Shown here one piece after another: positions 46,118-62,100 of a DNA stretch of 64,000 nucleotides (within the stretch, counting starts at the first letter, position 1; every line of letters begins with the position of its first letter). The position numbers and the translations under genes were made by a program. The notes beneath the pieces were generated by a model, which was not told the origin of the DNA, made no database searches, and saw nothing but the letters and a program-made list of their open reading frames with translations. The stretch is taken from assembly GCA_009602735.1 (NCBI GenBank), contig WELA01003638.1, positions 200,925-264,924 of the forward strand. Direction: 5' to 3'. The stretch is from Mesotaenium endlicherianum. Lineage: Eukaryota.

Positions 46118-49100
46118 GGAAGACATGCACCTGTCAGTGTCCCTCCCTGTTTTCCAAAACTTGCATGCATCCCTCCCACCGCTCGTTTTGTTTATATCCT
46201 AGTCCACCCCCAGGCCACTGGAGCCATAAATGCTCAAATCCACTGAAGACGTGCAATGGCCTCACATGTGATGCCTTTGATTCCCCAGGGTCCTTGCAAG
46301 CACGCTGTACTCTAGGAGACATACAAGCGCGCGTGCACACACACGAACACACACACACACACACATACGCGCCCACCCACCCACACACACACACGTGAAC
46401 AGCAGAAGTTGGCACTGCTTGGGTACCATGTGCTATGCATTGTGCAGCAATGTGTTTACGCTTGCACTCTCTCCCAGGCAGTGGAAACAGGCCCGATCAT
46501 GCAGACGATCACGCAATAACCCAGGAGGAGGGTGTAAGAGATAGCCAGCATTGCGAAAGTTGAGAGTATCCTTGGATGAGCCGTCCAGCTGCGCGGAACC
46601 TAAACCTTGAACGGAACCCTGACGCCAGGCGCACACCCACATTGCACTTGAGCATTGCAGGAAAAATTCCTGCCATGCCGTGCGCCTCCTGCTAACATCC
46701 TCATGCACGAGGAGCAAGCGAGCAACTGCCCAGAAGAGGCTCGTCGGACACCACCTGCTGAAGGAGCTCAGATTCCGAGCGGAAGGGCGACCACTGGATG
46801 ATGGTACCCAGGTTGCTCTCCCAGTCCTCCACAGTGCCTCTCACGAGCCGCTTGAGCCCACCTTCCGTCACTCGGTAGTCGATCTGAGCACCGCCAATCA
46901 ATACGCTGGGAAAGTTGTCACACTTGGAAGGGGAGCAGGCAGGGTGGGGTGCGGAGGGCGGGAGGACGAAATGAGGTTGGAAGTGTGGAAGGCAAGCGGA
47001 TGCAAATTCTTGTGATGTTTTTACATGGATGGAGACAACGTACTTTCCTCAACACCAATACAAACATACGAAAATACACACACACATACTTACGCATGCT
47101 CACGTGCACGCACGCACTCACATGCATACACGCAGAGAGAGAGGGAGAGAGGGTGAATGAGGGCAAGCGAGCGAGGGCGAGCTCACCATGGGCACAACCG
47201 TGTCCTCATGGCCCGTCTCCCGCAAGAACGTGAAAGATAGCATGCCCACCGACTGTGTTGGCCTGCTTCGCCACGTTGCCCCCACGAGCATCAGGCAGCC
47301 CCGAGGACAGATGAGCTCCAGAATGACCCAACGGAGAGAGGAGGGGTGGGAGAGGGAGAAAAAGAGCCTGCAGCCAGGTGGCATACATCTTACTGGCAAG
47401 TGCATATGTACGGGACTTGAGAAAAATGTCATTGCAAGGCAGGTGCAGGCGACAAGGGAAGGCAAGGGCAGAGAAGGCAGAGCATTAAGAAAGGGCTTTG
47501 CAGCACACTTTCCCTGGGAGGAACCTCTCATATAGATTGTTTTAGAAGCAGGAGGAGTAGGAGAAAAGTAGGAGCAGGAGTAGGAGCAGGAGCAGTGCAA
47601 GACTACTGCAGATGGGCGCTACGTGCAGGATCGTTTTATGGGTGGTGGGTAGGTACACTACCCCTCCTGCTTGGTGCCTTGAGATCTGGAGAACACGAGC
47701 ACATCCGCTCCCAGCCGCATGGTGCTGGTCTTGAACCCGTTTCCATCTGAAGCCTCCTCCAACATGCACAACAACATCAAATACGTTGCTCGAGGATTGC
47801 CCTCCGGAGGTGGGTGGGAGGGGGGGGGGGGGCCGAAGGGGTATATGATGATTCATTGGCTGATGATAGTATCAGTGGCGATTGAAAATGTGCACAAGGG
47901 CCTTGCTGGCACTGCAAAAGCAGCTGAGAGGGAGAGGGTGAGAGAGAGCGTAGCCATCAGACCTTAAGTGAGAACCAAGCCTGCCCCCCCCAAGACAATA
48001 GGCATGCATGCATGCGCCCGCCATTCAACAGCGCAAAGACCCACACTCTAGCTCTGCACCCACACCACGCTATGCAGTTCCGGGGACTGGCACTTGACAG
48101 GCAGGCAGCAAGTAAGCACGGAAGGGCTCCCGACATTGAATCAGGATGGGAGTGTGAGGGGGTTGGCGGAAGGAGGCGTGACACAGAAGCAGAAAGAGCA
48201 GCATACATTGGCCGATGGTGTTGGCCGCCTTGCTCTTCTCCGAGTAGCCGAGGCTGACGCAGCAGCGCATGCGGTCCGGGCTCATACCCCCGCCGTCATC
48301 TGCTCATCACAAGGGGGGGGGGGGGGGTGGGAGGTCGTCCGGGGTCCACTATATGTGCGCGAGTATGCGCTGTGGCGAGACCGTGCTTGAACGCGACGCT
48401 TGCCATGTTACGCTTGAGAATGTGGCTACTTTTTCTCGAGTGGCGGTGACGCTGTGCATGCGCAGAACCCTAGGCTTGGGGGACTGCTCTGCCGTCTGTC
48501 TCTTAGAGGCAACCCTTGCCCCCAAGCCCCTCAGAGGGCCAAAAAGCACCTCCTATCCTGTTAGCACCAATGACCACCCAGTAGGTTTTGGATCACATGC
48601 GCATTGAGGTCTTATGAATGGCCTCCCGCTTCTATGGCGCATGGAGGCCGTTGATACAAGCCTTCCCAAAGGCGCACAGTACTGCCAGAGCTGGTGCGGC
48701 AGCCGTAAGAGCGCAAGGAGGGGCGTCAGGGGAGCCAGAAGAGCAAGACAGGGTGACCCGCCCAGAGTGGGCTACGACGATCGACTGAGCTAGAGAGCGA
48801 CCGTCCTACCTTGCACCAGCAGCATGGGCAGGCTGTCGAGCGGACTCGGAAGCATGTCAACGTTCACCATGGTGGCTCCATGCCCCACCTGCAGGCACCA
48901 CCTCAGGCGCGCGCACAGAGATACACACGTGCACGAAGAGTAACGACGCAAGCAGGCCTTGTGGAGCTAGAGGGAAAATCATGGCACCAGTGTTGGACAG
49001 GCACACAAACTGACTGACAGACAGCCCGTCGAAGGCGGACCACACGCTCTACTCCCATCTGCTTTGCAGCTCGTTGGCAGGTATGGGTACAATGAGGCGG

Positions 49101-51701
49101 GCAGGCTGGGCACCTCTGAGTGGCAAAAGCAGGTGAACAAGCAGGCGAACAGGCAGGCAGGCGGGCGGGCGGGCATCATGACGCTCTGGCCACAGCAAAG
49201 AGCTGCAAGGCCTACCGGGACACAAGAGCCACTGCTGCTCCAACACCAGATGAGCGGGGGAGCTTCGATACACACTCCTACAAGGGCCTGGCTAACGCCG
49301 CCTGCAGTGAGGGAGATAGGGACCTGTGCATGTCTGCAGAATGACTGGGTCTCTCACGGCAGCGAGCAACAGGTGTGAAGCTGACGGCATGCACATCGAC
49401 ACATGGCATTTGGCCATACAGAGACTTTCAGTAGGGAAGGAAACACACCTCATCCATAGCATTGTCCAGTAGCTCGGCAACAGCTGTTCACCACCAGGAC
49501 AGGAAGTGACACCTGGACATGGATCAGACAGCTGGCAAAGGAATCCTACAGCGGGTACTAAGGAAACTTCAGGCAAATTGATTGTCGGGGGAAAGAGGGC
49601 TGCGACCCAGGTAGTACACCACACCGCAGCTTGCGAGCCACAAGTGCAAATCATAGCAGCTATAAAAGGTGTACTATCTGAACTCAACTAACCTCCTTCT
49701 CTCTGCATCTTTTAGGCACCCCTGACGCAGCAACCAAACTTCAAATTCAGCGCTCTCGGAGGCACCTGGTGAAGAATACAGTATTGCCCCTGGAGAGGAA
49801 CACTTCAGTCGAATTAATAAGGTGCAGAAGAAGCGATGCTAGAGTAGAGTGGCCCTGAGTGCTGGGATGGCGGAAGAGGCAGTCAGGGATGGTTATGGTG
49901 GTCATGGTGGTGGTAGCGCTGACCTCCAAGGGCCCACTTGTGGCTGGTAGCATTGGAGTGCAGGAACTTGGGGTGCACCCTCGTGTGCTCGATCCCTCCT
50001 GCACAAGATCCACACGATGAATAGGTTCATGCGCAGAAGCCTCTGCACCCATAAGCAGCAAAGCTTCTAGCCAGATGTGACATGTGGATCCGAGACACGT
50101 GTTTCTGTCGGGCCAAGAAAGAAACCAAGAAAGAAACAGAAGGTCTGTTGCGCCTTACGAGGAATGGCACTCATCACAAACAGTTTCTAGTCTTTCAAAA
50201 CTCCTTGAAGACAGTGGGCGTCCTTCACCATGGGTATCCATAATAGTGGCTTAGCTGGGTCACAAAATCTAGCGTGCCCCCCTTGGTGTTGTCATGCGAC
50301 TCCTTGGGGAGTGACATCGTCCAACGAAGGAGCGACAGCGACGTGGTCTGATGATTGGAAGAAAGACTTGCCTCTGTGCTGCCCCTCAGGCTTGGGTGCA
50401 ATCTCATATTCTCCAGCATGCCAGAACTGCCGCTTTGGGTTGAGCAAAAGCGTGGGCTGCCCGCTGTTCTCACAAGAGCTGGGCGCACTAGGCTCAGGCT
50501 GTGAATTGATTCGGTGTTCTTGGGAAGGAGCCTGTCTTGCAACAACCTCAGGAGCTCTGTTCCTATCATGAGCAGGGGAAGCGTAACTTTGTAGATCCTC
50601 TGCGTTGTCGGCAAGATGGCTAGGAGGAGGCGTATGCACAGGGCCCGGCTGTTGTGTCCTGCTGCGGCTCAGGTGCTCAGGTGTGGAGGTGTCCGTCATG
50701 TGAGGGTTAAGAGAAGATGGTGCTTGGTCATTTAGAACTTGTTGAGAGATAGTGACTGGTTCTACCTTAGGTGGTGGGAGCAACAGTTTGGGACTTCTGG
50801 TACATGCTCTCAAAGCAGGACTAGCTGCAGTAGTTGCCACGTTTGTCAAGGGGGGCCTTGAGGAAGAAGACGTCGTGACAACAGGCTTAATTTCCACGTG
50901 GTGTGCAGGCGTTCGATCTGAGCCAGTAATTACACCATCCCCGGCAGAATATTCTACAGGCAACTTTAAAGCAGTAGTTTTCAAATGTCCAGAGCTTGCT
51001 ACAGCAGGTATACTGGACCCTGAAGCTGAGGGTCCTAAGAAACCTCTACCATCAACCAGCACACCCTGGGCGACAGTGTTTTTTTGACTGTATTTATTGG
51101 GCTCCGCCTGAAGCTTACTACGTTCCTCGTGGCCATCAACAACTTGGAGGGGCAAAGGTTCTAAAAAGTCATCTGGTATGTCAAATTCGATATCCTCTGG
51201 CTCATTCCCACCAGTGTTGGACGTTCGAATGGGTCCGAGAGCTTTTGCCTCATCCACAACCCCATCCTGATCTCCTTGCTGTCGGCACCCCTCAGTTTTG
51301 GTTCTCTTGTCTTGTTTATAAGTGGCACCGTCCTCATGTGTCAATTGGCCAGAGGAACCCACATCTGCCTTCTCTACATGTATACCTGGTCTTTTTTGGG
51401 ACCCAGAGTGTACTTCTGGTTGACTTGCATCAGCAGGCCAGCATTGATTTTCAGGTTCAGCTTTGACTACCGGCATATGTTTCTCTCCACCTTCTCCCTG
51501 TGGTAACCCATGCTTCTCATTTTCTCCTCTAGTTTCACCCAGATGTCTCAGGCCATTAAATGTGCCGCCAGATAGCGGACTTGCTACGTTGTTAGCGTAC
51601 GATTTGAGAGTAGCTGGCTTAATGGTCTCTTCTGCGTTGTCATCATCACTACTGAGATCAATGAGGGGCCCAGTAATTTCAAATGACTTCCTTGGTTTCA
51701 T
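36866..51701 (-). CDS. MORC: MORC (microrchidia/CRT1) GHKL ATPase, MORC4/7-like, multi-exon; 3' end approximate
   Basis: Exons 51701-50372 (RQFWHAGEY), 49998-49924 (VHPKFLHSNATSHKWALG), 49483-49449 (AELLDNAMDE), 48888-48810, 48299-48207 (DDGGGM), 47746-47662 (YGNGFKTSTMRLGAD), 47262-47187, 46883-46755, 46052-46003, 45609-45561, 45213-45115, 44629-44468, 43889-43794 (GFNVYHKNRLIK), 43100-43049, 42720-42609 (EPAHDKQGFERT), 41527-41454. Less certain linker and coiled-coil exons follow (~38880-38690, ~38200-38150, ~37328-37236). Confidence 0.93.
38895..39545. repeat. (GA)n microsatellite with gap, inside a MORC intron
   Basis: GA runs on both sides of Ns. Confidence 0.9.
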
Positions 51702-52394
51702 AGCAAGTGCAGGTGCAGGTGCAGATGCAGGTGTTGAAGGTTATGAATGGCTGTATTTAAAGGTGAAGTCAACCTTCAGCACAATGATGAACAGAGGGAC
51801 AAATGCATTTTATTCTCTCCCCAACAGAGTGACTAGATATAATTTAAACTTGAACACAAGAATCAACCAGTAGGTCTTGCCTTTCTCCAGTGCTGACAAT
51901 ACTGAAGGTAGCCATTCAATGTTTTCAATTTCAAAACAGGGATGCTTGTGTAGGAATAATAAGCTGCAAAATAGATAGTCACGGCCTCATGCAGAACTTC
52001 TCCACCGGTCCGACTGTGAGTTTTCCCAAAGGATGTGAAAATGTTCACAACACAATACACAATGGAAGCAATTGAACATATGGAAAGAATCAAATCTTTG
52101 ATTGCCCTGAGGAACGACACGTGTACATACAAATGGTCAATGCCTACAATGTGCTCAAGATTTGAAGGGCTGCGATTTGGCTACGCGTTATGTCTGTTTG
52201 ATAGCCGTACGTGCATTGAGGAGCTGGTGGAGCAGGGGACTCTGTGAAGGTCGATGGAGGTTCATCACTGGGAAATCGAACATAAATTTGAGCTTCTAAA
52301 ACTTAAACCTTCCCAGTACATAGACTGCACTATGTGTTAACTTTGCTGAACACCTCAAAACACCTCCAATCACCTCCAATGGTAGGACGTTTGG

Positions 52395-52765
52395 GGGGCG
52401 GCCCACATTGTAATGGGGATGGGCCATGGTAAGGGGAGTGCTTACGAAACAAAGAAACACTCAACAGATTGCTAAACGGACAAATAGACGGACGGGTGGT
52501 CGAACGGAGCTGAACCTAGTGTCGAATGTCGGCTTCGACGCCCTCTTATGTCCTGTACCACAAAGTAGGTGAAGGAGCGTCCGACGTGTCCTCGAGCAGC
52601 ACCCTGCAGCCTGCAGGTGCTCGGAGTGGCTCGGAGTGCAGGTGGGAGCAGGCGTAAATATTGGTGAGGCCCGAGGGGTGCATCATCAGAGGTTACCCAC
52701 AGCTGACGGTCAACAGTACACTTTCGAAGAGTCTATTGTGGTCTATTGTACCGTTAGGGTTTTGT
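52395..52765. promoter_or_regulatory. Possible shared promoter region of divergent MORC and ARF genes (site II-like GGCCCA/TGGGCC, telo-box TAGGGTTT)
   Basis: GGCCCA ~52400, TGGGCC ~52420, TAGGGTTT ~52754. These motifs are short and could occur by chance. Confidence 0.3.
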
Positions 52766-53109
52766 GTGATGACCGTCCGATGAGGTCGAATGGTCTATCT
52801 GATTGTTTACAATGGGTCAGGAGCGGCCGAGTACGAAGCCGAAAGAAACTCTAACAACCATTCTGAATCAAATCTCTGTAGCTGTCATGAATGTTGAGGA
52901 TGGTTGGGGATGGGTTGACCGGCCAGATCACAAGAATTTCCGAAGGTAATCGTTCACTTGCCAACCAACCCACTCCTTCGTCCAAAAAGCTCGGTCGGCT
53001 CTAAACCTGCAGAAAGCTGCATCTTGTCGACAGTGTGGTGAAGGGAGCTTCGCACATAGTTCTCAGTTCGTGTAGTCAAAGTAGTTTCGTGTTGCAGACG
53101 ATTTGTTAG

Positions 53110-55646
<2,537 letters not shown>

Positions 55647-56142
55647 AATGCTTCTTTTTCCCAAGTCCATCTCACTTATTAGCTCGCAGGATTGTCGTGG
55701 CGGGTTGAGGAGGTAGGGTGATATAGCCTTCTGTAGCTTCACTGTTGAGTTTCCCTGTAAATACCAGCAGTTGCGGCAACTAAGCTTCTTAGAGAGCTTT
55801 GTAGTTGTTCACTCACTCTTTTAGTACTCAAGACGTGCATATGTTGCAGCTGCACCTTTCAGCACCAAGGATTGATTGACTTTTGAGGCCTTGCAAGCCC
55901 TTGTATTTGTGTAGATGATTATCTGTATTCTCTGGAAAAGAAAAATATATGGAGATGTTGCTTTGTTTTTGTATTGTGGGTTGTTAAGATCCATAATCCT
56001 GCCGTGCTCGATTGGTTAAGTGCAAGATAATACTACTTTGTCCTTTAGTGTTCTTAATCTCAGAAACTACGTGAGACAACGGTGATAAATTGCAGGACGA
56101 CAAAGGAGTAAATTGTCACCTTGTACTCACTTGGTTTTTGTT

Positions 56143-56602
56143 CATCCTAAGCTTGCAGTAGATACTTATCACTTGAGATGACTGTCATTGCGTATTATGC
56201 GTTGGATTCTGCTGGAATTTTACACTTATGCACCATTTGTTGCACTTCAGCAGCGATTGCACCAAGAATATTTGTGATTCTATGAACCAAGCTTGATATG
56301 TCAAGGAGCCCTGAAGCCAGGTTTCGGAACACCCTCAAATTTGAATCAGATATTTGGCTTCTAGACCTTGTATAACTCTAAACTACCAAAAAGTGACCAA
56401 GACAGAGTTGGCACACAGGCCCCAAGAGTGCATTAGACTGTGCATCCTAAGCTTGCAGTAGATGCTTATCTCTTGAGATGACTGTCATTGCGCATTGTGC
56501 TATGACATTCATTGCATATTACTACTATTCTTTCTATCACCACATTTCTTTTGAAATGAAGCAATTGGCACATAGGCCCCAAGAGTGCAATAGAATGTGC
56601 AC
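56143..56602. repeat. Patchwork local direct repeats downstream of ARF
   Basis: CATCCTAAGCTTGCAGTAGAT..GAGATGACTGTCATTGCG at ~56143 and ~56443; TTGGCACA.AGGCCCCAAGAGTGCA at ~56408 and ~56565. Confidence 0.75.
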
Positions 56603-58202
56603 ATGTGTGCTTCGACAGCTTCGGAATGTACCAGCCAGGTAAGACATGGAAGTACTGGAGTTTGAAAGGAGCAACTGCACTAAAGAGATTTTTTCATCTT
56701 CCTGAATTCTGCATTACTGGGTGCTAGGAGGCCTAGCACTGAACCAACATACCATGTCCTCCTGGCCAAGTAGCTGGGTTCCAAGAGGTTGTTAGCAGAA
56801 AAAGTATTGCGGCTGCTGCAGGAGGCCCTTGAGACTACAAAGCATTAACTTTTTAAAATCCCTTGACGATGGGTATGCTTGGATGATGCTTTAGCGTCAA
56901 TTTAGCATTCAATTGTCTATCTTTGAATCATCTTTCAGGTGATCTTAGGAGGGGAGGGACTTATGCCGAGAAATACATGCTCTATCTATATATTGTTGAA
57001 CGTCTTACTTTTCACCGTAAACACACCAAACCAGACTTTTGTTGATAATTATTCGTCTCCAAATATTCTGAACATAAGTAGTCCATGAAGCTAGAAGAAC
57101 TGCACCTTTCAGACAGGCCTGTAAGAAGGATGTAGATAGCAGCAGACCAAAAACTATTTGCAGTAGGGCCATGCAAATATGACCAGGTCTGACGGATCAG
57201 CTTGTAGCTGAGGTGCTGGTGGCTGACCATAATTCACAACAGCGGAGCACATTAGAATCTGATTCAGGGCATCTAATGTATGCATCTGATGCTAAGTGGT
57301 TACATGTGCAGCTGTATGATAAGCTGGAGGAATTTATGTACCCTGTCTTGTAATAATGTTAAACAACTGCCAACTGAAAAATGTTAACAAACATTCAAAA
57401 ACTTGCTTGCAGAATTTAAGGAGGCTTGAGAGTGACGTGGTGACAACCTCCAGTTTCTAAGACTATACATTGTCGTTCATTTGTAGATGTAACTGTACAT
57501 CTCGGAATATATACTGTTGCACATCGCTTTAGACTGAGAAAAATCTCCAATAACTGGGCATAAACCCATTGATGTCACCATCCACAAGAAGTAACAGTAT
57601 CAAGAACAATGGAGGTCATGACTAACCCACAAAGCCTCAACTGTGTTCGTTGACATGCACGTTCTATTGGACTGCGTCATTTCGGAACACAACTGATGTC
57701 AACCAACCTGTGATTGACCTTGAGAACGTGTATCCAGCTAACTAAGCAGGAGAATATGGAACTTACAGGGTGTATCTAGACACAACCTTTCAGCTTTCTC
57801 AGATTAGGTTGTCAGGGATGATGGCCACAGTGGAATTTGTCATGCGCTCAGTGGCTCCATGAAATGCGTGTGAATCACTAAATCATTCAACGTATATTTG
57901 TAGCCCTATCGGAAACTCTCAAGGAGGAATGGAGACTGACAGATGAGTGGGGCATGATGACTTGAACAATACAGCAGGTGTCTCCAGGGCCAAGGGGTAA
58001 GGATAATAGCACGCTCATTCTTTCAATATACTATCATGAAGAGACAACAGAACCTACCGTGCGTGCAAGCTTCAGCTATGCACTGAGCGGCATTCAAAGC
58101 CAGCCTGGTCGATCATAGGGCAAGCCGACAGGGAATCTGAGCACGCGTGCACGCATGCATTGCAGACGATGGGAACTGGGGAGGTGGGGGGAAGGTTGGC
58201 AC

Positions 58203-58995
58203 CTCCTTTGAAGGAACCAGCCACGAGGGACTTGAACTTGTGGATGACGGCAAACTGGATGGCGCTGTAGGGCATGACTGGCATCAGCGCGGCCACCATC
58301 CCGCTCGACAGGCTCTTGCCTCCCCCCCCCGGCTAACCTCAACCCACGCTCTCATTTTCAGCTCCGGCCCCCTTAAGCACACTCACTTGCGCTCGTAAAG
58401 GCGGCAGCTGCTAGGTATCCTCCCTTCTTCGGTTAGAAGAGGCCTTAGACACAGCAGCAGCAGCAACAGCAGCAGCCGCAGCGGCGACAGCGGCAGGGCG
58501 GACGCAACCGACTGCTGTCAAATCTAAGTCTGGCAGCACACCCAGAGAGGAGTGCCACCAAGGGGCCCATGTGGCAACGATGTGAGGGCCAGCTCATCCG
58601 AGCGAGCCCGTTCCGTTGGCGGCGATGGCCGAAATGTATGCTGCAGCAGAGCAAGGTGCTGGGAAGGGTAGCAAATTTTGAGCATAGAATGGGGGGAACT
58701 CTGTTGGTCGGCGGGACATAGAGAGTGAGCTGGGCATGCATATCGACAAGTATTATATGTATATATGGAGTGTGTATGTGTGAAAGAGAGATGTACGTAC
58801 ACACGTACAGCTCTGGTTCTGTGAACCAAAGCCAAGAGCTGAGGGACAAGCACAGGTGCTCACCTCGAGGCCTTCCTTGCGCACCATGTCCTTGGCCGCC
58901 TGCAAGAGCCCCGTGCACTTGGACACCCTCAGAGTGCCCGCACTCCTGGCAGCTGCCGCCCCCCTCTGCCACGTGCTCACCGGCTCCAGCTGGAC
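58203..58995 (-). pseudogene. Two-exon remnant of a mitochondrial thiamine diphosphate carrier (SLC25A19-like)
   Basis: VQLEPVSTWQ..SKCTGLLQAAKDMVRKEGLE (58995-58864) and GMVAALMPVMPYSAIQFAVIHKFKSLVAGS (~58314-58203) resemble plant TPC from memory. The first acceptor reads AT instead of AG, and GFWRGN has decayed to SLSSGM. Confidence 0.7.
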
Positions 58996-60876
58996 ATGCC
59001 GTCGTCCGCAAGCGCCCCACTTGTGGTGCAGTCAGCCAAGCTTGCACGATGGCTGGACCGCGTTTGGGAGTGGACACCAGGAACCCGCATGAGCCATCGC
59101 AGAAGCTAGACTAGGAGCTAGGCTTGAAGCTAGAAGCTAGGCTGCCAGAAGCTAGGCAAGAAGCTGGGGTAGGGCAGCATGTGCAAGCACAGGAGGCCTG
59201 GGGGGCAGCTAGGTGCTTGTCTGCAACGGAGCTGGCCCTGAAGAGCGGGAGTCACAGGCAGATTGCCCAATCAGCCAGGGAGTGTTCCCTATACTACATG
59301 TAAGCTGATAAGTTTCTTTGGGCTGAGCGAGGAATTTCTGTAAGCGAGGGCGCCACGACGTGTTGCTAGTGTACATGTGAGTGCATGTGGAACGTGAAGG
59401 CCAGTGCATGTCCAGCCATTGCATGTGAGCAGGCAAGCCCCTCCATCTCTCGACAATCCCATTGCACAATTGAATTCTTGTTGTCAAAATTCTCAGGGGT
59501 CTGGTCAAGGAAAAGAAGAAGGGGAAGGCAATGATCCCTCGTCTCTGGCTTTCAGCAATCCGCTGCTACGACTCGACGCAGCCGAACGACAAAAGTACAT
59601 CTAAATGAAGATACCTACACGGTGACAACCAAATCTTGTCACAAGGGCACAACGTATACCACACGGGATGTCGTGTCTTGGAATGGTCATGTACAGAGAT
59701 GGTCGCACTGTAAGGAAATTCGCAATGGCCCCAAGCGTCATCACTTCAGCTTTGCAAGGACTTATGCACGAGTGCATGCTGATGCATGGCGATGAATGAG
59801 CATGTACTTCCATCGTAAAGCGATTCAAAAATCTCCAATAAAGACGATCGTATTGGGTTGTAACAGCTCCTGGTGCAATCTGCAAGGGCTCACCGGAGCT
59901 TCCCAGCTGTCCCTGGCAAGTCACGTGTACGTCGGCCCAATTTGGCCAACTCCGTCTGACTCCGACAGGACTCTGGCACTCCCCGGGGGCCGGCACTCTC
60001 CGGCGCTCTCCCGCTCTCCTGCACGTTTACACGCGGGAAGCCTATCCGGAGCACGGAGGAGCGTTGCGAAGACGAGGACGTGATGAGATCTCCGACTCGT
60101 GTCTGATCGGAGTGCGCGGGAGAGCATGTCAGAAAACTCCTGTTGTCACATTCTGTCACATTCAAATCGTACCTCCGGGAAGTGGGCACCCCCGGGCTTG
60201 CACTCCAAGCAAAAGCCCTTTGGACCAGCTTTGGACCGTTAGCAGCTGAAGGAGCTGCCAAAATATGACGAGGAGGAGGTCTTCATGCCAAGTCTTCGTG
60301 CCATTTACATCTGCGTCTTCATGAAGGTTATCATCTCCGTGACCTACCTGTCTTTGAGAAGATAGCAGTCATTTAATGCACTCGCCATGTCCAGGTAAAG
60401 CTCTTTTGTTAATGTTGTATATGAGCTTTTGGTCGCATGTCGTCAGCTTACAAACGAATGGAAGTACCATCACATGGCTACGAATGCTCAGTCCACTATA
60501 CATCATTAGTATGTACGTGTCTATCTAGTCTTTACGGCATGCCCGTATTGCATTTCTTGGATTTTGAGAATGTCATTTTGTTAAGGGGACTGTAAGTCAT
60601 CTTGAGGACGATGTGAGGGCATACAACCACTTCGCGTCAGGGAAATTGCCATCTACACTCAGTGGACTCACGGTTAGTTTTGAAGAAAATTTATTGGTAT
60701 ATTAGAAGTCTGCCGTGCCAGGTTAGCTTACTTGCCTTGTAACATCACGTATGATTTTGTACTTTCTCGGCCGTCCTGACCAATATTCGTCCCTTATATT
60801 ATGGTCTAAACATCGCGATTGTTCTGCTTGTGCTGGTCAGGTAGTACCAGCATCTGTAACTTGCCTTTCTGACACC

Positions 60877-62100
60877 ATGAAGGCTTCATGTTCGCACTCT
60901 ACTCGCCGTAAATCAAGGATGGTCGAAGGCTCCAAGCTTCTTGGCAACATTCAGTTTAGACATGTCTCGTTGCTTCTGGTAATGTGCCTGCTGCTGCAGT
61001 GCTCTATTACCGATGCTTCTCGTCACCGCCTCCTCCTTGGGGGCTCACAAACTTCTTCACAGACAGAACTTATGTTAGAGAGTAAATTAGAGGGACCTCG
61101 CAGGGTATTACTCCAGGAAGCTTCTGGAAGTACTTCGACTGATGACAGCTCCGTTGAAGACAACATTCAAGCTACCAGGCTGTTCCTCCTTAACTACGTG
61201 CTTCAGACCGCAGCCTTTCGGGCGGCAGCGGCCGCACCTTTGGGCCAGGTCACAAATATTTCCTCCGCATTGGGTAAGGAGATCAACCAGCAGGTTGTGC
61301 GCTTGGACACGCAGGATCTCAAAGCCAATGGGTTTGGCATCCAGGAATTTCAGTTACCATCTGGCTTGGCCATTCCCACAAACTCCAGCCAAGTGTTACT
61401 AGTGTACCACAGTTACCCCAGTACTTCTAGCCCCTTCACCTTCGGTGAGGGCAACGTGTCTGCCCGCATCGTGGGGCTTTCTGTCTACCCCTCTTCTCCT
61501 GACGTCTCTCCAGGGCTTGAGGTTCCACCTCTTGCTGTTAGTGCATCAAACGATAACCCTATCATAGTCAGCGTTCAGCCCTCCGGCTCCGCCCTAGGAT
61601 CCTCAAATAACAGTGCCAATGCAACCCTGAACCAGGTGTGTGCAACATTCAATGCGTCAGGAGTTGCCGTGACAACAGTGAACACAACTGCACCTGGCAA
61701 TGACAGCACAGCTTTCACTTGCACATCTGACAGGCTTGGTGATTTCACCGTCATATCCTTACCTCCCTCCCCACCTTCATCGCCGCCTCCCGGGGCACCT
61801 ACAGCTGCTTCGCCACCAGCTGATCAGGGTTCAGTCAAGAAGAAGGATACGGATAATACTGCACTTGGATTGGGATTAGGGTTAGGCTTGGCAGGAGGAC
61901 TGCTTCTTCTGATTCTTTTAGCTCTCTGCATCTGCTGTGGATGGAGGGCCTCACGGAATGCAAAGATAAGGAAGATGGAGGTTGCTTCAGATCGAGGTCC
62001 GCCTTTAGAAACGGCCCTGATTGGAGGCAGTAGAGCACCCTTAGCTGGTGCAGTGCGAACAAGACCTATGTTGGAGCCTGAGTATCCCGACAGCTTTTAG
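60877..62100 (+). CDS. DUF1191-like single-pass membrane protein
   Basis: Signal-like hydrophobic segment, VVRL..EFQLPSG..VLLVY, two conserved Cys, Pro-rich linker, TM helix, C-tail KMEV..GPPLETALIGGSRAPLAGAVRTRPMLEPEY. The start could instead be 60919. Confidence 0.8.
   Translation: MKASCSHSTRRKSRMVEGSKLLGNIQFRHVSLLLVMCLLLQCSITDASRHRLLLGGSQTSSQTELMLESKLEGPRRVLLQEASGSTSTDDSSVEDNIQATRLFLLNYVLQTAAFRAAAAAPLGQVTNISSALGKEINQQVVRLDTQDLKANGFGIQEFQLPSGLAIPTNSSQVLLVYHSYPSTSSPFTFGEGNVSARIVGLSVYPSSPDVSPGLEVPPLAVSASNDNPIIVSVQPSGSALGSSNNSANATLNQVCATFNASGVAVTTVNTTAPGNDSTAFTCTSDRLGDFTVISLPPSPPSSPPPGAPTAASPPADQGSVKKKDTDNTALGLGLGLGLAGGLLLLILLALCICCGWRASRNAKIRKMEVASDRGPPLETALIGGSRAPLAGAVRTRPMLEPEYPDSF

Noticed and set aside
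1..51701. Functional linkage between MORC and the adjacent TE cluster
   Set aside because: Proximity in a TE-rich eukaryotic genome is not evidence of a system.
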